From Dimorphilus gyrociliatus (Eukaryota; Animalia; Annelida): a stretch of 64,000 nt of DNA. The stretch covers positions 1,565,988 to 1,629,987 of the forward strand of contig CAJFCJ010000005.1 in assembly GCA_904063045.1 (NCBI GenBank), written 5' to 3'. Below are positions 53,739 through 64,000 of this stretch, one piece after another; positions within the stretch are counted from its first letter, which is position 1; every line of letters starts with the position of its first letter. The notes beneath the pieces were generated by a model that did not search any database, was not told where the DNA came from, and was given only the letters and a program-made list of their open reading frames with translations. Both the position numbers and the translations under genes were made by a program.

Positions 53739-56700
53739 ATGGGTCAAAATATTTCATACTTTAAAGGAAATTCAGAGAAGGAATTCATTGAAAGCAGTAT
53801 TGATCCAGCTCCATCTGATTCCAATGAAATTACAGGGAGTGGAATAGTTACAACTTATAGCGGTTCTTTCGGTCAAATTGATAATGAAATATTTTTTGTT
53901 CATGATGTATTAGAGAATAATTTTATACCAAAAGAAGGAGAAAAAGTACTTTATAAGGCTTCCAGAAAATCACAATTTGACAATTGGGTTGGAACTTCAG
54001 TTCGACCAGTTGATCATTTCGACGATGAATTTGACGAAAGTGAAAATGGAGAAGAAGATAAAAGTATTACAATGGTTTTTAATGTTGAAAGGGTTTACGA
54101 CAATACTTGTTTCTTTAACAAGTCATTAAGCTTTCCACTTGACCTGTGCAAAAATTTCAAACTTGCAAGGGGAGATATCCTCAAAGCGGTAGTTAATTTT
54201 AGAAAAAACGAAGTCTACTCGGTTGAACCACTTAGGCAATATTCTTTTGCCACAGCTATCAAGCATGTGTCACATGGAAAGAAATTTGCCTTTACAAGGG
54301 AAGATGTATACTTTGACTTTAAAACTTGGGAGTTATGCGGCAATAAGGAAATGCCTCGGGTTGGTGATTTTGCATACTGTACAGCAATAGAAACTTCAAA
54401 GGGAAACTGTATGTGGAGAGCAACTAATATTATAAAGATAAATGTTGATGAGATGACAAATGCCGAAATAGCAAACTTGCAAGTTCATTTATACTGATAG
54501 CTTTTTATGATCTAATATTGTCTTTCGAAATTGTAGTTTGTCTGTTGATGAAATTCTAAAGCGGGAAGAGTTGGTTAAGTATTGCCATAATGATATTGAA
54601 ATAGCAAAATTTTTTCACATAGACACTATCCTTCTTAATGGTACAGCGACAATTCATATCAAATTTAAGTATGTAATAGCTAAGCTACGAAACAGCAATT
54701 AATAGTAAAATTTTCTTGTAGAAATATTGGGCATAAAAATCACATCCTAAAAAGCTACGAATTGAACAATGTATCATCCAAAGAAATTAATATAAACAGA
54801 GCAGATTTGTCTCAATATGATAGGACAAAAGAAAATTATGTTATTATAAAGAGTCAACAAGAATTTAGGTTCAGTGTTACAATAACAGGAAGGTTAATAA
54901 TTATTTCACCTGATATATTTTACGAATTAATTACATTTTTTTATTTTTTGGGCTACAACTAGACATCTTGGAAAAATCATTGAAGTTTTGGTTTTTGATT
55001 TCGAGGGATTCTTAATTGCTAGAGAAATTAGGGTAAGAAATAATTATTTTGAAAGATTGTATACAGGTAATTTTCAATTCTTTAAATACCAATTAAGGTT
55101 TCAGTTATAGATGCTACCAGCGCTATTATTGAAAACAATGATGATTATTTTCATGATAGGAAAGTGTATAGGGATACTCAATTTCGGAGAAAACAAATTG
55201 AAAAAGAGCTATTTGTTCTACCAGGCGAAAGACCCTTAAGGTTGTTAGTCAAATGTTATATTATTCTATCAGTACTTAACTCTTCTTAATTTGGAACTTT
55301 AGGATTCGATCCAATGTGCATGCCATAAGAAGGCTACCCCATTTTGACGTGCCTAGTTTCCTTAGGGGTTTAATTGTTAATAAGAAAGATCTCTTAAGTG
55401 ATCCAAGACTAGCCATACTTTTAGAGGTATAAGAGATTAAATAATAATCAATAAGATCAGTCTTTACAGTTTTAAATATCTTTATTTAGGAACTGACCTT
55501 TGAAAATCACTGTGAAAAGTTTCAATTAAGCTTATATCTCGAAGAATTGAGCATGGAATTAAACATTGAACAGTATATGATGCATAGAGTAGTATTGTAA
55601 ATAATCTTTATCTACTAAATTTAAATTGTATGTTATTTCCTATTAGGTTTGTCTGACAAAACGTGGAGAATATTTGAGTCTTGTTGTCAAAGGCCTTGCA
55701 GAGGGCCGACCATCGGTTCTAATTGGAGATAAAGTGATATTAGCACATCCGGATGGTAGAAATGATGTAGATCCATCGTATGAGGGTTTTATCCATGATG
55801 TTTTGAAAGATGAAATATTTTTAAAATTTCACGAAAGCTTTCACACGAAATATGATGGGGAAGACTTCGACGTTCATTTCTTCTTTAATAGATCTCCTAT
55901 GAGAAGATGTCAAGCTGCTATAAGGAGTGCAAGGAATTTGAACAAAAATAGTAAAGAGCTTTTTTATTTATAATTTGCAAACTTTAAAAACTTTCTATTT
56001 GTAGTTATTTTTCCTAAAACGCTTGATATAAAAAAGTCCCAACTATTGACAATCCAACATAGAAACAAAAAAATTACTAAACAAACAAACGACCAGATAG
56101 AGTTCATTAACAAAAATTTAAATGAAAGACAAAAGTTGGCTGTACGTCGCATATTAGAAGGTTACGCTCGTCCTATTCCGTATATTATATACGGTCCACC
56201 AGGAACTGGTAAAACCACGACAATCGTTGAATGCATATTACAGTTATACTTATGTTTGCCTTTTTCGAGAATTCTCGTGTGCGCGCCGTCAAACAGTGCA
56301 GTAGATTTAATAGTAAGTAGTAAATATAATTAGACACTTTTTACTATAAACAGATTTATTTTCTCTAAATAGACTTCTAAGCTACATGCAACTGATAAAT
56401 TACAATCAGGCGATATGGTTAGGCTAAATGCCTTTCAGAGATCTGCTTATGTATAACCGGTTTATTATTGCTTTCGATAAGCTTTCATTTATTTATGCAA
56501 TTTGTCAGGGAATACCAAAAGAAATACTTCCATACTGTAAGGTTACTGAAGAATTGGAAAAATTTGTGAACTTTCGAATAATTCTGTCTACGTGCATCTG
56601 TAGTGGTTCTTTTACAAGTGTCAGTTTGCCAATCGAACACTTTCTTTTTACTAAACATAACTTTTTGCAGAGAATTGTAAGAGATGGTCATTTTACCCAT

Positions 56701-57900
56701 TGCATTATTGATGAGGCTGGACAAGCAACAGAGCCAGAGACTCTAATACCGATTTCTCTACCCGGTGTAAAAAATGGACAAATTATTCTAGCTGGAGATC
56801 CGTTTCAATTAGGCCCTATTCTGCAAAATAGGTTTTTACCTATGAGATTGTTGGAAATCTCTCTGCTGGAACGTTTGTTGACGACACCCCTCTATTTAAG
56901 AGATGAAAAAAAATACGTGGGTCATGGAGCCTACAATCCTCATTTGGTATATTCTATAAATAACTGTTAAAAGTAGATTAATGATAAATTTCTTTCAGAT
57001 TACTAAATTGGTTGATAATTATAGGGCTCATGAGATGCTATTGACAATACCAAATAGGCTATTCTATCATAATGAATTAAAGACTATGGTTGGGGACAAA
57101 TTTAAAAAAGCTCTGTCAAAATTTGATGTATTGCCCAATAATAATTTCCCTATATTATTTCATGGTATACGGGTATGCAAAATTATAACTAGTAGACATA
57201 ATTTTTATTAGAGATATGACATAGATAAACGTTTCAGGGAGACGATTTAAGAGAAGGGAATAGCCCATCGTGGTTCAATGTTGTTGAAGCCGTTCAGGTT
57301 GCAAGATATTTGCGACTTCTAATACAGGATTACAACGTTCAAAGTTCTGATATTGGTGTCATTTCACCTTATCGAAAACAAGTTTGTCTTCATTAAAAAT
57401 TAACAAAACAATAACTTTTTTTGTTGTCAATAGAGTGAAAAAATTCGTCTACTGATTAGTCGTTTGGGTCTTGATGAAGTTAAAGTTGCTAGTGTTGAGG
57501 AATTTCAGGGTCAAGAACGGATGATAATAATACTTACAACTGTTCGATCAAATGAACATCTTATCAAATGGGATATTCGCTATAACCTAGGATTTCTTTC
57601 CAATCCGAAGAGATTCAATGTTGCTATAACAAGGGCCCAAGCCCTTCTGATTATAGTTGGAAATCCCTATGTTCTAACTCATGTAAGAGCCTAAATTTAA
57701 TTTTCGTTATTTTTGTCTAACAATTATCTAAACAGGATGATAATTGGTTAAGTGTATTGAAATTTTGTGCTGAGAACCGTTCCTATATTGGATGCAGCCT
57801 ACCAAACGGTATCAAATCTGTTCTGGATAATAGTCATATAGATGATGATAGAGAGGGCCTAAAGAGAACATTAAATGTATTGAATACGAAACCCCAATGA
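53739..57900 (+). CDS. MOV10L1: MOV10L1/Armitage-type SF1 RNA helicase (piRNA biogenesis)
   Basis: N-terminal OB-fold-like repeats ([19 protein letters not shown]). Helicase motifs [59 protein letters not shown] and [10 protein letters not shown]. The extended OB-fold N-terminus favours MOV10L1 over MOV10. Confidence 0.88.
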
Positions 57901-58136
57901 AATAGTGAAAATTAACAGAATCGAAAAAATACTCTAAATAACTAAATAATCCTAGTTTAAACAGTATACTTTTCTATTAAAAATAGCAAATTGTCTAAAT
58001 CTTCAGGATTTAAACTATGAAGAAAAACCAGACACAGGACTTTCTTATATCTATATTTATAGGAATGGAATACATAGGTGAAAAAAATTGGGGCGATAAC
58101 ATAATTAGAAAAAGAACAGAATAAACGTATTACTAC

Positions 58137-58207
58137 GTTAACTAAAAACGATCGGCCGTCACCGACCGCACTACACGGTTTCCAGTTCCAGCGTCAAAAA
58201 CAATAAC
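58137..58207 (-). other. SECIS element (type II) in the 3'UTR of selenophosphate synthetase
   Basis: Minus strand: GUUAUUG-UUUU-[UGAC]-GCUGGAACUGG-AAA-CCG-UGUAGUG-CGG-UCGGUGACGGC-[CGAU]-CGUUUU-UAGUUAAC. It shows the non-Watson-Crick quartet, an 11-bp helix II (9 pairs), an unpaired AAA, an apical mini-helix and helix I. Confidence 0.8.
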
Positions 58208-58313
58208 ACGCTATTTCTGGTCCTTTCTAATAGATGAAATTTTCCATGAAGCTGCTCACACTTCAAAGATCAAACATCATCTTCGAATGATTTATGATGA
58301 ATCATGAAAAAAT

Positions 58314-59675
58314 TTACCATAGTTCATTATCCTTTTCTTTTGCCGGAACTTCAATTACGCGTGGTTTATCTATTATTCTTGCCGTTCTGTTGCCTTTTTC
58401 TACAATACCAACAATCCAAGCTTGGTAACCTTCTGTTTTTTCAATGTCTTTACAAAAGGCGGCAGCTGTTTCGTAGATTAATGTGAGATGTTTTCTCGTT
58501 ATTTAGTATTGAAGACTCACCTTGTTCTCTTGGTAAAGCGATCATCAGGCCACCTGATGTTTCTGCTGATGTACCTTGTAAGAGACCAAACATGTTTCCG
58601 CATGCTTTGGCAACAGCTGCCATTTTAGCTATAACAGGTAAGTTATGGATTACGAAACCAACTTCATTCTTTTGGACTCTGGCCATATTTTTTGCATGCC
58701 CTAATAAACCAAAGCCCGTAATGTCGGTTGCCCCATGTGCATTATATTTGTGCATAAGTCTTGCGGCTGTCCTATTTAATCTGGCCATGGAGAACATGGC
58801 TCTTTGGTAGGCTTTATGTACATCATCTTCACTGACAACTAGTTTTATCCTATTCCAACGTTCTGGATGGTCTAACCATTGGTGTGCATTAACAGCAACT
58901 TGTGTCCCTAAAGGTTTTGTTAGAACCAGAACGTCCCCAACCATGGCATTATCTGGCATTATAAATTCGTTGGGTTGGCAAATGCTTGTTGCGACTCCCC
59001 CTATAGTCATCCAAGGATTCAAAACAGTTTGGCCTCCAGTCACAGAAGTCCCAGCGTCTTCTGCCTGATCTTTGAAACCGCGGATGATTAATGGAATAAC
59101 GATATCTCTCTCTTTTTCTGTCATTTTTTGACTGATCGCTAGCAGCATTAACATATTATCACATTCTGTAACGCCCATAGCGTATAGATCACTTAACACG
59201 TTTGAACAGGTGATTTTACCCTAAATAAGCAAAATTAATAATGTCAGTAATTAAGTTTAATACATTTGAATTAAATAAAAGAATCCTATTAAACCATCAT
59301 GTAAGGATCATCCACTAGGGGATAAAAGAAATCGGTTGTTTGGACGAGAGATAAACCACCATGTCGAATCGGCGTTATAGAAGCATCCATTCCAATTCCT
59401 AAAGAACGAATTCATGATGATAGTGTTCTAACGTTGAAACCGAATATCTTACCTAATCGGGGAATGGCCGAAACATATTGAAAATGAGCTTGTTCCGTTG
59501 CCTCGTTGCCGTCTTGTGTTTGGAGTCCCTCAAGAAGTTTGAGCAGAACTTCCTGGGGGACTTTACACCCTCATCCTTTAAGATCGGCAAAACGAGTTAA
59601 CCGAAACGAATTGTCGAGATCATGCAAAACTGGGTCGAAAAGGCGACGAATCGCAGGTGCTTGTTGGTTTGCCAT
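58314..59675 (-). CDS. SEPHS2: Selenophosphate synthetase (SelD/SPS) with an in-frame UGA (selenocysteine) at codon 35
   Basis: Exon 1 reads [37 protein letters not shown](59573-59571)[13 protein letters not shown]. Downstream motifs are [62 protein letters not shown] and [20 protein letters not shown]. Confidence 0.93.
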
Positions 59676-60452
59676 AAAAAGTTATTTACTGTAAAATAAA
59701 ATTCGTAAGTGGATAGCGTTCGAAAAAAGTCCGCGCCGCCCTTGGCGGACACCCTGCGCTGTAAACCGAGTGGAATCTCTAAAAAACGACGTGCAAGACT
59801 GGGCAAGAAGCATAGTAAATGGACTGGGCGCCATGGATTCCTGATCATATATCTCGGTCTCTACATCACTTTGAGCTAAAATTTTTATATGTATGCACTT
59901 GTATAGTCATTATACATTCATTTCCTTAAAAGAAAAGTTTAATATTGTTTTAGAAAGGAAAAATTCATAGTTACCTACTGAAAAAATGGCGACGCTTCTC
60001 TGACCGAAAGAGGATAACACGGGAACCAGGCTAGCGTTCAGTGAATTGCCCGGATACTCTTATACTTTTACCAACAAACTAGGCCTACATTCTCTCTCAT
60101 TAGGAATGCTGGGAGCATTTCTTAAACATTTTTACCCGGTACCAGTCGAAAAACTTTATTTTCTAAAATAAATTGCTTTATTTCAGAGCAGTACAACTTG
60201 TAAAAAATCTGAATTTTATTTTATAGTTCAATGAATAATAATGCTTACGCAAATTTATGGATTTAATTCTCTTTAATATTTTAAAAGTCCAAATGAGACA
60301 CTTCGACTAAAAGGAATCACAAAATATGTAGGCCTAACTAGTCTCTGTAACTTTTATCGTAATATTTTAATAGTTAATGAATAAATATTTCATAAAATCG
60401 TATGAATTTATTATACGATATCTTAACAATATGCTTTCAATTAATTAATAGT

Positions 60453-62019
60453 TTATTTAATATATTTTTTCTTGTTGAAACACGATATAAAGAATCCATT
60501 TGTTACATCTGTCTTAGCTGATAATCTAATAAAGCAAGAAGCATCTGCTCTAGAAATATCGATAGTTGCTAATTCAAATTTATCTTCAACTTCTTTGAGA
60601 ACTTCACGAACGACACCTTCGTTCTCTACTTCATGTACTGAGCAAGTTGAATATACAACTTTTTCAACTTTGGGAAAAGATAACGCCTTCAGTAGAATTT
60701 TCTTTTGGAAGGCAGCCAATTTTTCAAGACGTTCTTTTGAATCAGACTTATCATCGTTTGTCAATTCGTCCATTCTACTTACAATACCGGAGCCTGAACA
60801 CGACGGATCACACAAAATATATTTCACATTAGAATATTTTTTATCTGCTGGATCTTCTTCCAGGAAGTCACCTAATTTCGGTTTAACGCAACTTATACCG
60901 GCTTTCATCAATTGAGTGTTCATTGTTGAGAATCTTTTCATATCTTTGTCAAATGCGTAGATAATGCTAAAGATAGATATGCCTATATTATCTAACGGAT
61001 ACAATTAGATATTACCCTAAATACGATCATATAACCTTTCCTTTTCGCAAATTCTCTAGTTTTTAAAATGTAATTGTAATATATAGCTATGGAAAGTATA
61101 GGTGAACAAATCGTATTTTTTGCTTGACAATCGATTATTTACCCTTTGTCTTTCATTATGGCTGCCAAGTGGGATGTTTTGTTTCCTGGAGCCGCACAAC
61201 AATCAATTACATGACTTCCAGCCGGAGGGGATAAAACAAATGCTGGAATGCAGCTAGCTTTATCCTGAATAATCAGATGTCCTGTTTCATACAGAATATG
61301 ATCATGTAGATCGGTCGAACCAGGAAATATTAATAAATTTTCTACATAAATATCTCTTGTAAATTCTTTAGATTTAAGAGATTTTACTGATTTTATAAAA
61401 CTGAAAATAAATTATTTCAATTAATATATAAAATAAAATATATAAACATTTCTACTATACTTTTCATAACTATCCGATTGTTGAAAGATAAACTTGTATC
61501 CGTCCCTTTGAAAGTGCTTCATAACTTCTTCATTAGTAGTTTTCAAGGTATTAACTCTTATATATTTCGGTAGGGAAATACTTTTAGTACTAGATTTCAA
61601 AAGCTCTTTATTCGATGAAACATTTTTTTTCACTTTTATCCTGGCTAATTGAGCTTTCAATGATGCCTTATGTTTAAGGACAGCATCCTTTAGTTTGCCC
61701 TTTGCTAATCCTCTTCCAAAAAGATAATCATATAGTACAACACGGCATAAATAAACTTCTGAGATAGACTTTTCATGCTTTTGAATATTTGTTTTGGTTG
61801 CTATTTCATCAAGAATTTCTCGATTCTTTAAAGTTTCGCACACGAGGGCATATAATGGTTTCTTTTTCTGAAATAATAGGCCAAAGTTTTATAATTTAAA
61901 TATCTATTTCAAAGAGGAGTTACCTTGCATTCGCTATTCAGTACAAGATTCTTAACTGAACCTTTTTGTTGGTCTATTAACTTTAAGATTCGTGCAGCCT
62001 CCTTATGAATGGGCGACAT
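60453..62019 (-). CDS. NSUN5: 28S rRNA cytosine-C5 methyltransferase NSUN5
   Basis: MSPIHKEAARIL..GSVKNLV, LPKYIRVNTLK, LIIQDKASCIPAF, VIDCCAAPGNKTSHLAA, ILCDPSCSGSG and VVYSTCSVHEVENE. Confidence 0.95.
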
Positions 62020-62173
62020 TATAGGATTTTTAAAGTTGTGGACATTGGAATTTCAACGAACGATTTTCATTTATCAAACAAAAGTTTGAAGAATCTGAAT
62101 GAAATTTATAAGATTCAAAAAAATTCGGCGTTGCGATTCAACAATTCGAATATTTATCAATTGCTAGACTCAA

Positions 62174-64000
62174 ATGCCTTCTTTGAGCGATAAAATAGAA
62201 TCTTGCCTTTACCGTTTGTAACAAATTCAATCAAGTATTTTACAATTTGCTATATTTAACTATTTTCTAACTATAAGAGATTCAAAGGTACTTGAAAGCC
62301 GCTTGGCCGCTCTGGTACAAAATTCTAACAAGTCAATCGCACGAATATCGTTTAATAAAAGCTTTATTAGGGTTTCCTTTTGGAATATGTCTGGCAACTG
62401 GTACATATATATATATATATATTTTAATAGTATATCTTCAAAATACAACTTTTACAATAATTACTTGTTTTTTGTTGTTCTTATAGCACTTCATTTTTTG
62501 ATTTTTGTACAATTTAAATTACCTATTGGTTTATCGTTAGCAATTAGTTTTATCTACTTTAGTTTTTTCTCTATCGGTTTCGCTTGTTCAACCAAAGTGA
62601 GATAAATGACATTACTACTATATTATACATAGTCTATTTCCCTTTATGTTTTATAAAAGTTGAGATGTACAATTTTTCTACATTTTCCATTATTGGCTGG
62701 AAAGCATGGTCGAGCTTTTTTATTGGGTCTTGTTATGGCTGACATTTTAACAGCTCCAGTGGCTAATATTATGAAAAATACGGAACAGCAAATTGAATCT
62801 GTAAGATGTAATACAAATTTCATGAAAAATGTTACATCAGCAAAATTAGAGCATAAATTTTGGCCATTAAAGAAAGTTCTATCTAACATGGCTGTAAGTT
62901 TTATAACTAAAAATTAGAATTGAAAGAAATTCCAAACTATTTATCAGGAAGGTGTTGAATATCTAAAGAAATTTGGGAAATTTGCGTTGAGTACTATTAA
63001 AGATATTATCGTTGCTGTACGGTATTCTTTATGAAAATACTTTAAAAACCAATATTTAAGTCTATAGACAATTTAGGTTGATTTAGGCAGTAGTGGAGAA
63101 ACAAAACGAGAACCGCCCTCTTTAGAGGATATACAGAATAAAATTGGTAAAGATGGGGAAAATGTTGAAAAATATCTTAAAGAGAAGTCAAACAAATTCT
63201 GCGATGGTTGCATAAATTATCTTTGATATGATTTGTTTTTACGATACTTGTTCATTTTTAATAGATTTAAAGAAACAAAGAGACTTGGCATGTGAAACAA
63301 TGTTTACTATGCTTCAGAAAGAATGCTTTCAATTTGGTCCACTGAAAATGGGATTTATGAGTCCCATCAGTCAGGTGTTATGTAATAATATCAAAAGTAG
63401 CAGAGTATCTTGCCCAAATGGTAAACATAATATTTATAAAGTACCCAATACTATTAGCTCAATTTTAACAAAGGTATAAAGCCGTGCGGTTTAGAGAAAA
63501 GAACTCCAAACGGTTTGGGTACAACAACAAAGGGATACATGTTCTATTTGGGACGCCTTTCGAAAGACTCAATTGTTAATGTTCTATATATATTAAAACA
63601 TCCCAAGAAACTGTTTTATATAACTGGAAAATCTTTTTCTTTTATTAAAGATGTTATTGAGAGATTTATTCAAATTGTTGATATTTTAATAGGATTAGCG
63701 AATTTTATCTCTGCTATTCTATTTTTTCGAGTGGCCTATGGGTATAATAAAAATATATAGCTTATAAAAGCTCTTATAATAACAATAAAAACTATTTAGG
63801 GCTAGAACCTATCAAAAAAGCTATCTAGAAGAAGATAAATTTGATAATATTTATATAACATCTTACTTTAAAGTTATAGACGCCAGAAGATGGTTGCAAG
63901 TATATCTACAAACTCTTTTTTTGAAAGATACATTAGACAGAATGTATCAAAAATGACTATAATATTTCAGAAACGTCCAAAGCTTCTTCCATTGAAGAAG
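62174..64000 (+). CDS. DCST1: DC-STAMP domain protein 1 (DCST1/sneaky/SPE-49-like sperm fertilisation factor), 5' part only
   Basis: Transmembrane segments followed by KVRCTIFLHFPLLAGKHGRAFLLGLVMADILTAPVANIMKNTEQQIESVRCNT and a Cys-rich ectodomain (FCD..CETMF..CF..CNNIK). The probable ATG is 62174. DCST1 versus DCST2 is not firmly resolved. Confidence 0.8.

Noticed and set aside
58268-58308. Second AUGA..AAA..UGA hairpin right after the SPS stop
   Set aside because: Helix II would be only about 6-7 bp, too short for a SECIS; the 58137-58207 element fits far better.
59597-59848. Upstream ORF overlapping the SPS start
   Set aside because: Its start lies within a probable 5'UTR intron (donor near 59975, acceptor near 59692), so it would be spliced out.
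60048-60055. GCCCGGAT, identical to the 5' end of vertebrate tRNA-Sec, near the SPS promoter
   Set aside because: The following sequence cannot form a cloverleaf and has no UCA anticodon arm or T-loop.

Overview
This is gene-dense, very AT-rich animal DNA with many short (about 47-60 nt) GT-AG introns and 18 recognisable protein-coding genes in 64 kb. A compact spiralian genome such as that of the annelid Dimorphilus would fit, but the species is an inference and was not checked. Gene order is NOL6(+), uncharacterised WD40(-), SRSF1/9-like(+), CENP-X(-), BCAT(-), PCYT2(+), a giant acidic low-complexity protein with an octapeptide repeat(+), CBF-beta(+), cytosolic carboxypeptidase AGBL2/3-like(-), two C2H2 zinc-finger genes(+), SLX4-like(+), an orphan membrane protein(-), PHYHD1(-), MOV10L1/Armitage(+), selenophosphate synthetase(-), NSUN5(-) and DCST1/sneaky(+, cut by the window end). 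CENP-X has five micro-exons and is missed by the ORF track. I found no transposase, rRNA, tRNA or CRISPR array. The most notable observations are: (1) an in-frame UGA at the catalytic site of SPS plus a well-formed type-II SECIS with a non-canonical U-UGA; (2) an unnamed N-terminal domain shared by the two tandem zinc-finger proteins, with a dense GGCCTA motif cluster between them; (3) unannotated in-frame exons 2-3 kb downstream of CBF-beta; (4) a possible BCAT-CENP-X bicistron; (5) 3'UTR splice sites in SRSF1 suggesting autoregulation by alternative splicing and nonsense-mediated decay (NMD); (6) a duplicated N-terminal module with an internal RFX X-box in the carboxypeptidase. Exon boundaries were derived by hand, and all homology calls come from recognised motifs, not database searches.
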